Positions 1 to 10,436 are shown, counted from the first letter of the stretch. The stretch: 64,000 nucleotides of DNA from a virus (IMGVR_UViG_3300021403_000003:49952-113951); one strand, 5' to 3'. Notes: generated by a model from the letters alone, not told the origin. Numbers and translations are program-made.

Positions 1-1562
1 TTTCTTACAATATCAGTGTACCATTCGCACAGGGTACTATATCATTTAATGGTTCTGGTGGCGGTAATGGATTCTTGCCTGCTGGTCATTGGATGCCACA
101 ACGTCAAAACATGATTCAGGTGTATCCACGTCCTGATTCAGAAACCAATATTAATGCATTTCATCATTGGGCTTATTACGATGGTGTGAATTCTATTACC
201 AAGAGAATTCCTATCGGTGTTTCCTTTGGTGCATTTCCATTCGTATATTCATTGCTTTCTGCACCAGCTGGAATGTCAATTGGACAGACCTATTCCAATA
301 GCAATTGTGGTGTTATCTTTTGGACTCCTCAAAGTGTCGTAACTAATTCCAATGTGACAATCCTTGTTACCGCACAAGATGGTAACACGACAACAATAAG
401 TTTTAATGTCTCTACCTCTAATTCTACAAGTCACTTTATCTTTCTTGCTAACGGTACAACAGTCGGTAGTGATTCAACAGGTAATGGTACTTTCGGAAAT
501 CCATGGCAAACATTGACTAAAGCATTTGGTTCTACGTTCTCAGCAACTGCTAATCCAAATACCACTTGCTATTTGTTTAGTGGTACATATTTTGCACCAG
601 GCTATTCTGATAATGATATCGAAGCTGGTTCATTCTTTGAAATGAATACAACCACGAAACCAATTGCATTGGTTGGATTACCTGGTAATACAGCAACTAT
701 AAACATTGCAAGCACTGATGGTTGTGCAGTATTTCATAATGGTAATGATTTGGTTTGGCAGAATCTTAACCCTGATGGTAATAACACAACTTGGGATAAT
801 TTCAGGTGTATGTGGATTGCAGGTGGTTCTGGTGTTGATAGGATGATGTTTGATCAAATCAATTGGACCAATTCTGGTTATGGAAAATCATTTGGTGATA
901 ATGCAACCATGTTCCATTCTGTTGATGGACATGGCACATTGAAAAACTATTTGTTTATCAATGCATGTAGAGAATCTGGACGTCAAAGTGCATCATCAAC
1001 AAACAATTATGCGGGATGCAGTTTGTATTCAATTCAGTTTTCTCTTGTTCAAGGTTGTGTATTTGATAGTCTAAGCACATCTATTGATGGTGCTTGGTAT
1101 TTGAAGAGTGATCCTGTAGACACAGAAATACGACAGTGTTTTGCTCGTTATGCGGGTGCAGGAAGTTCTGGTTCTCCTGCTCATGCATTTTCAATGGGTC
1201 AGGCTGCTGATAATCAACAAACACGGGTGCTTTGCCGTTATAACACACTAGTTTCCACGGGATGGGCAATGATAACACCACAACAAACCAATGATGGTAC
1301 TGTGGGTGCAGCTTGGATAGAAAGAAACACTCTTACTTCTACAGATGCGGAATTTACTGTGCAAACACCAAATAGCAATGGTCCTTGGGTTTTTGCTAAT
1401 AATGTTCTACAAACTTCCGTGGGTTCTCCAGTTCCAACTGGAACAGCAGTTCAAGCAAGTAATAACCAGATTGCTTCAAGTGGAATATTGGATGCAAATG
1501 GTAATTTGACTGGCACTACAGGTAATTCTTACTTTGGTATATACGGTGCTCAAATAGGCTGA
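1..1562 (+). CDS. Tail-fibre-like structural protein, 5' end outside the window; reading frame is open from nt 3
   Basis: Long ORF, N/T/S/G-rich with NxT/NxS repeats typical of phage fibre or spike proteins; no stop between window start and first ATG at 75. Confidence 0.5.
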   Translation, partial: SYNISVPFAQGTISFNGSGGGNGFLPAGHWMPQRQNMIQVYPRPDSETNINAFHHWAYYDGVNSITKRIPIGVSFGAFPFVYSLLSAPAGMSIGQTYSNSNCGVIFWTPQSVVTNSNVTILVTAQDGNTTTISFNVSTSNSTSHFIFLANGTTVGSDSTGNGTFGNPWQTLTKAFGSTFSATANPNTTCYLFSGTYFAPGYSDNDIEAGSFFEMNTTTKPIALVGLPGNTATINIASTDGCAVFHNGNDLVWQNLNPDGNNTTWDNFRCMWIAGGSGVDRMMFDQINWTNSGYGKSFGDNATMFHSVDGHGTLKNYLFINACRESGRQSASSTNNYAGCSLYSIQFSLVQGCVFDSLSTSIDGAWYLKSDPVDTEIRQCFARYAGAGSSGSPAHAFSMGQAADNQQTRVLCRYNTLVSTGWAMITPQQTNDGTVGAAWIERNTLTSTDAEFTVQTPNSNGPWVFANNVLQTSVGSPVPTGTAVQASNNQIASSGILDANGNLTGTTGNSYFGIYGAQIG

Positions 1563-1572
1563 GGGTGATTTC

Positions 1573-2448
1573 ATGTCTTATCTATTCATTGATGATGTTC
1601 TGACTGCAAATTTTAATGCTGGTGGTGCAATATCCACTGGTAATTTTCAGCATAGCACCAATGTCAATGATGTCATCATTGCTTGTGCTTATTGGGGTGG
1701 AGAATCTGTTGATACAGGAGTGACTTTCACAGACACTTTAGGAAATGTTTGGCATCCATTTACCAATCACGCATTTGATCCGGTAAATCTTGTGAGTTTG
1801 TATGGTGCTTGGACACAAAGTACTTCTTCAGGTGCTAATCAAGTTACTGCAACACCAGCAAATGCTGCAAGTATATCATTCAGAACTGTGTATGCAGGTA
1901 AGTATTCTGGATTGATTGGTACATCATTAGGAGATACTTCAAATGAAATAGATGCTCCTGGTAATGCAGTAAATGCTATTGTGTCCAGCAATGTGAATAT
2001 TTCTACTCAACCTGCCATTTATTGGACTGTGTGTATCGATCAAGGTGCAAACCAAACACCAACACCAGGTACTTCTCCAACTGCATTTACTGGAAGACCA
2101 AATACAAGTGTACGTCTTTGCGCAGCAGATGCTCGCTTTACAGCAACTGGTAATGCACATGCTACTTGGACTGCACCAGGTACAACAGGAGCAGATAACT
2201 TCCAGGTATTGTCAATATCATTTGCTGAAGGTACCCCATTTGTAAACAAACCATTCAAATTTTATTCTAATGGTGCAATTCAAGCAAATGTCTTTTCACA
2301 GTCAGTAGCATTACCACCAAGCGTTGTTGTAAGATTGTTAGCAAATAATGTCTTTCAAGCAAATGGCACAATAGTTCAAAATGGTGCAGGTAAAGTTAGT
2401 TTCTTGGCTAATGGTCAAGTGATCTGTAATAACACTATTGTGGTTTAA
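1573..2448 (+). CDS. Fibre-like structural protein
   Basis: T/N/A/G-rich low-complexity beta-type composition; tightly packed between two fibre-like genes. Confidence 0.4.
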   Translation: MSYLFIDDVLTANFNAGGAISTGNFQHSTNVNDVIIACAYWGGESVDTGVTFTDTLGNVWHPFTNHAFDPVNLVSLYGAWTQSTSSGANQVTATPANAASISFRTVYAGKYSGLIGTSLGDTSNEIDAPGNAVNAIVSSNVNISTQPAIYWTVCIDQGANQTPTPGTSPTAFTGRPNTSVRLCAADARFTATGNAHATWTAPGTTGADNFQVLSISFAEGTPFVNKPFKFYSNGAIQANVFSQSVALPPSVVVRLLANNVFQANGTIVQNGAGKVSFLANGQVICNNTIVV

Positions 2449-2450
2449 CA

Positions 2451-4721
2451 ATGTCTAATGTTTCTTTTGATCTCACTGCTGTAACTTATAACATCAGTGG
2501 GTCTAATGGTGCAGCACAGACTTCGCTTCAGATTCCTAATACGCATTTCGAACTGTCACCTAACATAGCTTCAAATACAGCCGTTATATCATATTCTGTT
2601 GGTGGACAAAATACAACAATACAATTTGCTTTAGGGGCTGTGAGTGTTGTATACAATTCTATTTCGAATTTATATTCTGTTAATGTTCAATCTGCTGGGT
2701 TGCACGTCTTTGTTCCGCCAAATTGTGATTATAGATATCAGTATATTTCTAGCTTATTATTCAATGTATTATCAGTGAATTCTGGTGGTCAAACTTATAC
2801 ACAGAATAGCTTATATCAACCAAATACATTCACCATACTGGCTACTATTGTTGCAACAGGTAACAATACTCAGTATCCTGCTATTGTTTCTTATGGTATG
2901 GATAATATTGCGCCATTTGAATCATATATTCTTCAAACACAATCGACAGACGGTAACCATCCTGCAGATTTTTATATGGTTACAGCCAATTCATCAAATA
3001 CTGCTCAAGGTATCAGTCACCAAGTTTTTGGTAATACGAAACTTGTACAAAACACATTCTATTCATTGGCTGTAACATATGATGGAACGCATGCAAATCT
3101 TTACCTGAATGGTAATTTGGAAAAATCAGGAAATGTTACAGGAAATCTATTCTACTTCGGTAATAATGGACTTGCTGTCGGTAGCAAATACAATTTTTCT
3201 AATTCCAGTTTCACTGGAAATGTATCAAATGTTTACATCTATAATTATTCTTGGACTGCAAATCAAGTACTCGCGTATTATCAAGCTCAGACCAGTAACG
3301 TGACTGGGTATGCTGCTCTCAATATCCCATATCCTCGTAAATTGTTGTTAGCAATAGGTGGAGTTGAAGCCTATACCAACAATCAAGTTTTGAGTGCATT
3401 TTCACAATTTGATGCTGTTGTTTTGGGTGGTGGATGGGAGCAATGGAGTGCCAGTGGTCGTGTTATGAATTCCACTGTTGCAAACATTAAGTCTGTTTCT
3501 ACAAATACTGCACCAAATGGTACATTAGTGTTCATGTATCTGGATTGTGTTGGTGCCTATTCACCAACACCGAATGTAGGTTCAAGTGTAACTGCAAATG
3601 TGAATGATCCAACACCTATAATGACCAAGGAAATGGCAAACAACAATTGGTGGTTGTATAATTCTGGTTCATCAGGAACAATTTTTGCCTCTCCTTCTTA
3701 TTATAATTTGATCACATTTGCTGCTCCTAATCTTACGAGTGCATATGCAGGTACAAATTGGAAAGGTGAAACACCATATCAATATTGTGCAGCATATGCA
3801 TATAATCTTCGTCTTGGAACAAATGGTGATGCTAGGTTCTCTTCTTTATTAACAAACAACAAAGCGAATAATGCTGATGGTATGTTTTTGGATAACATGT
3901 GGAGAGAACCTTTTGTTACTGCAGATTGGGAAAGAACAGGTACAGCTCAAGCTACAACTGATCCTGATGGTCCTGTTTCTGAAGCATTTGCTAATGGTGA
4001 AGCACAATTCTTCATTACTCTACAATCCATTGCTAATAATGCAAACAGTCCATTGATGAACTTTGGCAATTTTGGAGATTATGCAAGGTCTGTCAGTGCT
4101 GCCAATGGTAATATGAATCAAATCATGCATGGTGGTTTGCTTGAAGAATATTTCGGATTATCAAATTCACCAGACACATATGCACCATATGCAACATTAC
4201 AAGCACAATACGCTCGTGCTGTTGCAATTTGTCAACCTCCTAAATTTGTTGTTCTTCATGGTTATTTTCCAAGTGATAGCAGTGTTGTTCCACAAAATAC
4301 TGAATACATGTGGGCTCGGTATATCATTGGGTCTTCATGTATGCAAAATGGTGCTGGTGCAGTTAGTAGATTATCACAAGGTTACAGCGCGGATACATTA
4401 GCAGAAGTTGGTTGGTATGATGAATGGAATTATAACATTGGATATCCAATTTCTGGTGCTGCAGGAGCCCCACAAACAACTGCTAATACAAATGGTTTAT
4501 GGATGAGACAATTTTCTGGTGGTTCTACAAAGAAAGCTCTTTGGGTTGTTAATCCTGCAAACAATGGAACGCAAACTGTTACTACTGCTATGATTGGTGG
4601 GGCTGGTGTTTGGAAATTCATTGCTGGTACACAGGATGCAGCAAATAACACAGGTGCAGTAATCAACACTTCATTCACTCTTTCTGAAAGAGATGCGAGA
4701 CTGTTGATCTCAGCAACATAA
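2451..4721 (+). CDS. Tail fibre/tailspike-like protein with a ConA/LamG-like lectin domain and a possible C-terminal glycosidase-like domain
   Basis: The segment YDGTHANLYLNGNLEKSG...VSNVYIYNYSWTANQVLAYY fits the laminin-G/pentraxin jelly-roll pattern; 756 aa with N/T-rich flanks. Confidence 0.5.
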   Translation: MSNVSFDLTAVTYNISGSNGAAQTSLQIPNTHFELSPNIASNTAVISYSVGGQNTTIQFALGAVSVVYNSISNLYSVNVQSAGLHVFVPPNCDYRYQYISSLLFNVLSVNSGGQTYTQNSLYQPNTFTILATIVATGNNTQYPAIVSYGMDNIAPFESYILQTQSTDGNHPADFYMVTANSSNTAQGISHQVFGNTKLVQNTFYSLAVTYDGTHANLYLNGNLEKSGNVTGNLFYFGNNGLAVGSKYNFSNSSFTGNVSNVYIYNYSWTANQVLAYYQAQTSNVTGYAALNIPYPRKLLLAIGGVEAYTNNQVLSAFSQFDAVVLGGGWEQWSASGRVMNSTVANIKSVSTNTAPNGTLVFMYLDCVGAYSPTPNVGSSVTANVNDPTPIMTKEMANNNWWLYNSGSSGTIFASPSYYNLITFAAPNLTSAYAGTNWKGETPYQYCAAYAYNLRLGTNGDARFSSLLTNNKANNADGMFLDNMWREPFVTADWERTGTAQATTDPDGPVSEAFANGEAQFFITLQSIANNANSPLMNFGNFGDYARSVSAANGNMNQIMHGGLLEEYFGLSNSPDTYAPYATLQAQYARAVAICQPPKFVVLHGYFPSDSSVVPQNTEYMWARYIIGSSCMQNGAGAVSRLSQGYSADTLAEVGWYDEWNYNIGYPISGAAGAPQTTANTNGLWMRQFSGGSTKKALWVVNPANNGTQTVTTAMIGGAGVWKFIAGTQDAANNTGAVINTSFTLSERDARLLISAT

Positions 4722-4748
4722 ATACCTCAAGTTCTCAGAGGTATACAA

Positions 4749-5183
4749 ATGCACGTTGGTAATGATGTACGATTTGACCGATCATTGACTGTAGAAGGAG
4801 ATACATCTCTAGAAAATGGTTTGTCTGTAACAGGAGATGTAAATGTTCAGGGTGGTGTCACATCAAGTGCACCAATGAATGCGCCAGCATTCAATCAAAC
4901 CTCTGACTACAGATTGAAAGAAAGGATTTCTCCATTGGTTAATGCTCTTGATTGTATAATGAAACTCAAACCATCTAAATATGTAATTGGAGAACAGTTG
5001 GGTGCAGGATTAATTGCTCACGAACTCCAAGAAATAATACCAGAAGCGGTCCTAGGAAGCAAAGATGGTGAATTTTATCAACGTGTCAATTATATCCAAT
5101 TGATCGCTTATCTGATAAGCGCATTGCAAGAACAACAAAAACAGATAAGAGAGCTACAGGAGAAATTTAATGATACCCGTTGA
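4749..5183 (+). CDS. Small protein carrying a tail-fibre C-terminal intramolecular-chaperone (peptidase S74-like) motif
   Basis: The motif S-D-Y-R-L-K-E-R-I followed by a coiled C-terminus resembles the auto-cleaving chaperone domains of endosialidase/T5 pb1-type fibres; occupies the fibritin(wac)-like position before gp13. Confidence 0.4.
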   Translation: MHVGNDVRFDRSLTVEGDTSLENGLSVTGDVNVQGGVTSSAPMNAPAFNQTSDYRLKERISPLVNALDCIMKLKPSKYVIGEQLGAGLIAHELQEIIPEAVLGSKDGEFYQRVNYIQLIAYLISALQEQQKQIRELQEKFNDTR

Positions 5184-5922
5184 TAGGGCAACATTCAAAC
5201 AGTATTGTCTAAGATCATTAGGATTTCCTGTGATTGAGATTAATGTCGATGATGATCAAATAGAAGATCGTATAGATGAAGCTCTCTTACAATTTCAAAC
5301 ATTTGCAGCTGATGGTAAAGAGCTCTGGTATACATCTCATCAAGTGACAGCAAATGATGTCAGTAACAAGTACATTCAGATGCCTGCAAATACGATTGGG
5401 GTGACTCGTATATTCACCATTTCAGGAAGCCAAACTAACAGTGCAGGTGCTGGTGGATTCAATATGTTTGATATCAACTATCAAATTCGTTTGAATGAAT
5501 TGTATGATTACACCTCAGGTGATTATGTCTATTTCCAATTGGCAAATGAGCATTTGAGAATGTTGGAAATACTCTTCACTGGTGAGAGTCCAATCAGGTA
5601 CAACAGATACAACAACATTTTGTACATCGATGTTATTTGGGAAACGAGATTCATTATTGGTCAATATCTAATCGTTGAAGGATACAAACAATTAGATTCA
5701 AGTGCAGCATTTTGGGGTGATCCTTGGTTGTTACGTTATGGGACTGCATTGATAAAGAGGCAGTGGGGTAACAACCTTTCTAAATTCAAGAGTATGATAC
5801 TCCCTGGTGGAATGATACTTAATGGTGAGCAAATCAAACAAGAAGCTCTCGCAGAAGTTGAGGAATTGAAGAAAGAGCTTCGTGAACAGTATGAAGATCC
5901 ACCACTTTGGCAGATGGGATAA
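5170..5922 (+). CDS. Neck protein, gp13-like (by synteny)
   Basis: Position and size in the 13-14-15-16-17 block upstream of terminase. Confidence 0.4.
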   Translation: MIPVDRATFKQYCLRSLGFPVIEINVDDDQIEDRIDEALLQFQTFAADGKELWYTSHQVTANDVSNKYIQMPANTIGVTRIFTISGSQTNSAGAGGFNMFDINYQIRLNELYDYTSGDYVYFQLANEHLRMLEILFTGESPIRYNRYNNILYIDVIWETRFIIGQYLIVEGYKQLDSSAAFWGDPWLLRYGTALIKRQWGNNLSKFKSMILPGGMILNGEQIKQEALAEVEELKKELREQYEDPPLWQMG

Positions 5923-5925
5923 CAC

Positions 5926-6807
5926 ATGCCAATCAATAAATATTTCAGTGGTTACAATGATACAGCACAGCAAGAGTTATACAGGAGACTTATTAATGAA
6001 GCTGTGCAAATGTATGGTGTAGAAACTTTATACATCCCACGTACTAGCGAATCAGAATTGGATTTGTTATTTGGTGATGATCCAACCAAGGCATTTGCTA
6101 ATGCATACCCTATGGTCATGTATGTTCAAAATGTAGATGGATTTGATGGACCAGGGGACTTATTCTCCAAATTTGGTTTGGTTATCAACAAACAAGTGCA
6201 CCTTCTGTTGGCTAACGATGAATTCCAAACAGCAAACACAACCGTTGGTATTAGACCAAGGGAAGGTGATTTGATTTGGATGCGTAATTTTCAAGCACTG
6301 TATGAAATCATCTATACTAACCAGGACAAATTTTTCTATTCATTTGGACGCAGACCCTTCTATGGATTCGATTTGACTTGTGAGGAATTCAGATACAACA
6401 ACGAAAAGATTGAAACAGGGTATCAAGAAGTAGATGAGAAGGTAAATGAGAACAAAATTGCATACCAGGCCATCATGGGTGCAGGTAATGGGACATACCA
6501 AATAAGTGAGACTGTATATCAAGGACCAGATATATTATCAGCAACAGTGACAGCAACAGTATTATCATGGGACCGACCTACAGGTCAACTCATAATGAAA
6601 GATATTGTTGGAGAATTCACACCAAATCATGCTATCATTGGTGTTACATCAGATGCTTCATTCATCATGAATTCTATAGAAACGGAAGACAATGTGAATG
6701 AAAGCCTTGACAACAATGTCGAATTGAGAACAGATGCGAATACCTATCTGGATTTGACAGAGTCTAACCCTGCAGGTAATCCTATTACATCTCAAAGTCA
6801 GGAGTAA
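5926..6807 (+). CDS. Neck protein, gp14-like (by synteny)
   Basis: Order and size; ATG 3 nt after the preceding stop. Confidence 0.4.
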   Translation: MPINKYFSGYNDTAQQELYRRLINEAVQMYGVETLYIPRTSESELDLLFGDDPTKAFANAYPMVMYVQNVDGFDGPGDLFSKFGLVINKQVHLLLANDEFQTANTTVGIRPREGDLIWMRNFQALYEIIYTNQDKFFYSFGRRPFYGFDLTCEEFRYNNEKIETGYQEVDEKVNENKIAYQAIMGAGNGTYQISETVYQGPDILSATVTATVLSWDRPTGQLIMKDIVGEFTPNHAIIGVTSDASFIMNSIETEDNVNESLDNNVELRTDANTYLDLTESNPAGNPITSQSQE

Positions 6808-6809
6808 TT

Positions 6810-7583
6810 GTGCTCGGTTATCAACCATTTTATTGGCAAACTATACGCAAAATCATTACAGTGTTTGGAGCATTGTTTAATGGCATTGAAATGGTTAAAT
6901 ATGATCCATCAACACGTGTAGAATTAGGTCGTATTACTGTCCCTCTTACTTACGAAGGTAAGGAAACTTTTGTTACAAGGCTAAATGCAGACCCAACCCT
7001 CACAAAAGGCATGCAAATTGTTCTGCCAGCGATGACATACGAATTCAAAAATATGCAATATGCTGCTGACCGTAAAGTAAGCTCATTTGTGAAAAACAAG
7101 ATACTGGGAACAGGTCAAAGTAACCTCTTACAATATTCATTGGCCACACCTTACGATCTTTTGTTTGATTTGAATTTGTATGTCAGAAACATGGAAGATG
7201 GATTGCAGATCATTGAGCAAATCGTTCCTTTCTTTGCACCAGATTACACTGTTTCGTTGAAATATCTAATCACTGCAACTGATTGGGTCAGTGAGGATCT
7301 CCCTATTGTATTAGAAGAAATCCAATTTGATAATGATTATCAAGGTGCTGCTGGTTCTGTGCGCCAGATAAACTGGACATTAACATTCAAAGTCAAAGCA
7401 TTGTTTTATGGTCCTATTCCAAACAACAGTAACATCATCAAGGAAGTTATTGTCAATTTGCGTGATTATAATTCTGGTAATACACAAGCTGTTATTGACC
7501 TGACAGTCAATCCACCAACTGCTAATATAACGGACAATTGGACAATAAACACTACAATCAATGAATTCACAGGAAATACATGA
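6810..7583 (+). CDS. Tail sheath stabiliser/tail terminator, gp15-like (by synteny)
   Basis: Order and size (257 aa) immediately upstream of the terminase genes. Confidence 0.4.
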   Translation: MLGYQPFYWQTIRKIITVFGALFNGIEMVKYDPSTRVELGRITVPLTYEGKETFVTRLNADPTLTKGMQIVLPAMTYEFKNMQYAADRKVSSFVKNKILGTGQSNLLQYSLATPYDLLFDLNLYVRNMEDGLQIIEQIVPFFAPDYTVSLKYLITATDWVSEDLPIVLEEIQFDNDYQGAAGSVRQINWTLTFKVKALFYGPIPNNSNIIKEVIVNLRDYNSGNTQAVIDLTVNPPTANITDNWTINTTINEFTGNT

Positions 7584-7777
7584 TTATATCATTTCGATGT
7601 TATTATTGTTCAAATTTGCCATGGATAAAAAAGGAAGATTACAGTGATCACATGCAAAATCACAAAATGTTAGGAGATGATTTTGGGACTATATCCATTC
7701 CAGATACATTTGATAAATATGTGAGTCGATTGTCTGCCGTTGGTCTATTCAATGAAAGTGATGTGAAATATGAGTGA
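7580..7777 (+). CDS. Small hypothetical protein (CYYC motif)
   Basis: ATGA overlap with upstream gene; 65 aa. Confidence 0.3.
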   Translation: MIISFRCYYCSNLPWIKKEDYSDHMQNHKMLGDDFGTISIPDTFDKYVSRLSAVGLFNESDVKYE

Positions 7778-8186
7778 AGATACTATTGCAACTGCTCTTG
7801 GTATACCAGCACAAACGATATCAAATAGTAAATCATTAGTTGCTGTTGTCGCAAACCCAGCCAATACTGATCTACAAAATGATTACGCATTTGCTCGTCA
7901 AAATCTTTATGATGTTCTGACAAAAGGTGGTGCAGCACTTGAAGAGCTCCTTGAAATTGCTAAACAATCACAACACCCACGTGCATATGAAGTACTCTCC
8001 AAACTTGTTAAAGATATGGGAGACACAAATGCTCGTTTGTTAGAGTTACATAAGGATATGACTGATTTACAATCAGATCAAGAAGGGACCTCAGAACAAG
8101 CTCCTATTCAGGTTTCCAACGCAATATTTGTTGGTACGACTACTGAACTTCTTGAAATTAGAAATCAAGCAAAAAGATTAAAATAA
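7770..8186 (+). CDS. Terminase small subunit, gp16-like
   Basis: 138-aa ORF immediately upstream of the large terminase, as in T4-like phages. Confidence 0.45.
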   Translation: MSEDTIATALGIPAQTISNSKSLVAVVANPANTDLQNDYAFARQNLYDVLTKGGAALEELLEIAKQSQHPRAYEVLSKLVKDMGDTNARLLELHKDMTDLQSDQEGTSEQAPIQVSNAIFVGTTTELLEIRNQAKRLK

Positions 8187-8200
8187 GCTAAGTATTTGTT

Positions 8201-9985
8201 ATGACAGTAAATTCAATAAAAAAACGTGGTCGTGGCAGACCTGCTGGCAGTAAAAGCAAACCAAAGATTCCATTTGCAGATGAATTGACAAAAATAGCTT
8301 TGTCAGGTGACTCTGATTTCTCTTTCGCTTCTAACCCTCGACTGAAGAAAGCAGGTGTTCGTTTTGCTCTAACAGCACAACAAAAAGCAGAATATTTTAA
8401 GTGTGCTGATGACCCAGTTTATTTTATCGAAAAATACATCAAATTCATGACTGATGATGGATTGCAAACAGTCAGTCTCTATCCATTTCAATGTGATCAG
8501 ATTCAAACATATCATGACAATCGTATGGTAATTGTTAAAACAGCTCGTCAGGTTGGTAAAACAACAGTCACAATTGGTTATTTGATTCATTACATATTGT
8601 TTAACAAGGAAAAAACAGTCGGTGTGCTAGCTCAGAAGGAAAAAGTTGCAACAGAAATTCTGAACAAGATCAAACAATCATTTGAGCATATTCCTCTTTG
8701 GATGCAGCAGGGTATTGTTGCGTGGAATGCAACATCTATTATCCTTGAGAATGGTTGTCGTATTTTGTCTGAATCTACATCCACTGGAGCTATTCGAGGA
8801 TTCACTATTCATCTTCTTTATCTTGATGAATTTGCACACGTACCATCACATGTGGCTGAAGACTTTATCACATCTGTGTATCCTACGATTAGTTCTTCCA
8901 AGATTTCAAAGATCATTATCACAAGCACACCACTTGGTTTGAATTTGTTCTACAAATTCTGGATGGATGCAAAGAAAGAATTCAATGATCCTACGAACTG
9001 GAATGGTTTCAAGACAATTGAAGTACATTGGTCATCTGTACCAGGTCGTGATCAGGCATGGGCAAATCAACAGAAGAGAATCTTGGGTGATCGTAAATAT
9101 GCACAAGACGTTGAAGCAGAATTTCTTGGTTCTAGCAACACATTGATCATCGGTAAGAAGCTTTCTGAACTCGCATTTGTTCACCCAACAGAAGTATTGT
9201 TTGATAAGGCAATGGCAATCTACGAAAGACCTATTTCGGGTCACTCGTATGCTCTCTCAGGCGATCCTTCAGAAGGCAAGGGGTTGGACTACTCTTGTTT
9301 CACACTGTTCGACATCACCTCCGCACCTTATAAAGTCGTCGCAAGATTCAGAGACAATACAGTTGATGATGTGGTATTTGCTTCCTACTTGGTACAGGCA
9401 GCACATCACTATAATAATGCATATGTCATTGTGGAGAATAACGAAATAGGAGCATTGGTGTTACATCACGTGATCAATGATCATGATTATGACAACATCT
9501 TTTATTCTTACACTGAAGAACACAAAGAGATTACAGTTACACAAGCAGCACGTGCTATGGTGCCTGGTGTTCGTACAAGTAAGAAAGTAAAGAGTCAGGG
9601 GTGTTTGAGACTCAAAACTCTTGTGGAAACAGATCAGATAATAATCACAGACTTTGAAACAATCAGTGAACTCTCAACATTTGTTCTACAAAAGAACAAA
9701 ACTTGGGCTGCTGAAGAAGGATACAATGATGATACCACAAGCACATTGTGGTTATTTGCATGGTTGACAATTCAACCATTCTTTAGAGACATCTCGGATT
9801 TAAATTTACGAGCTCGTCTCTATGAAGAGCGTGAGAAACAGATGTTGGATCACATGCCTCCACCACCTGTATTGTCTTTGAATGATGTTCCAAAGCCTAA
9901 ATTAGAAGTCAGTGATGGTGTTGTTTGGATTGATTCTTCCATGTCATATGATGAAGCTCTTAGGTTTTTGAACGGTACGGAGTAA
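8201..9985 (+). CDS. Terminase large subunit (gp17-like); N-terminus carries an AT-hook-like KKRGRGRPAGSK
   Basis: Walker A TARQVGKTT matches T4 gp17 SRQLGKTT; GVLAQKEK and GIVAWN blocks and C-terminal WAAEEGYNDD match T4 gp17 WAAEEGYHDD. Confidence 0.93.
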   Translation: MTVNSIKKRGRGRPAGSKSKPKIPFADELTKIALSGDSDFSFASNPRLKKAGVRFALTAQQKAEYFKCADDPVYFIEKYIKFMTDDGLQTVSLYPFQCDQIQTYHDNRMVIVKTARQVGKTTVTIGYLIHYILFNKEKTVGVLAQKEKVATEILNKIKQSFEHIPLWMQQGIVAWNATSIILENGCRILSESTSTGAIRGFTIHLLYLDEFAHVPSHVAEDFITSVYPTISSSKISKIIITSTPLGLNLFYKFWMDAKKEFNDPTNWNGFKTIEVHWSSVPGRDQAWANQQKRILGDRKYAQDVEAEFLGSSNTLIIGKKLSELAFVHPTEVLFDKAMAIYERPISGHSYALSGDPSEGKGLDYSCFTLFDITSAPYKVVARFRDNTVDDVVFASYLVQAAHHYNNAYVIVENNEIGALVLHHVINDHDYDNIFYSYTEEHKEITVTQAARAMVPGVRTSKKVKSQGCLRLKTLVETDQIIITDFETISELSTFVLQKNKTWAAEEGYNDDTTSTLWLFAWLTIQPFFRDISDLNLRARLYEEREKQMLDHMPPPPVLSLNDVPKPKLEVSDGVVWIDSSMSYDEALRFLNGTE

Positions 9986-10025
9986 CAAATGAAAGATTTC
10001 ATGAAGATGACCAAAGTTTGGGGGA

Positions 10026-10409
10026 TTGAGTTTGGCAACATATTTCACTGCAAAGTGGTTACTGTCAGTGGTTCTCTTTTGGTCTTGGTTGGGGCTTTGG
10101 TGGGTTGTTGATAAAACTGGCATCGCGTTTGTCTATTGGGATTGTATGACCAACCAGAACAAACACCAGCACAGCAAGCAGAGGAAATGCTGGCGAAGGA
10201 GTTCCCAAATGCAGAAACTTGAACTTGATTTGCAAGACCTCTTGCTGCATAGGGACATGATGGAAAAGAGTATGCGATACTTCACCAGTCCAATGAGTGG
10301 TGGGATGGTAAGAGGATCAGGCTTAGCAGTTGATGGATTGCGTGATGAATTGGTGAGAACCGAGCGCAGGATCGGCAACATTAAGAAATTGCTAAATAAG
10401 GTTTCCTAA
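10026..10409 (+). CDS. Membrane protein with N-terminal TM segment and C-terminal coiled coil (possible spanin/holin-like)
   Basis: Hydrophobic WLLSVVLFWSWLGLWWVV segment followed by a charged helical region. Confidence 0.35.
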   Translation: MSLATYFTAKWLLSVVLFWSWLGLWWVVDKTGIAFVYWDCMTNQNKHQHSKQRKCWRRSSQMQKLELDLQDLLLHRDMMEKSMRYFTSPMSGGMVRGSGLAVDGLRDELVRTERRIGNIKKLLNKVS

Positions 10410-10436
10410 CTCTTAAAACAAAACAGGGTCCACCAA

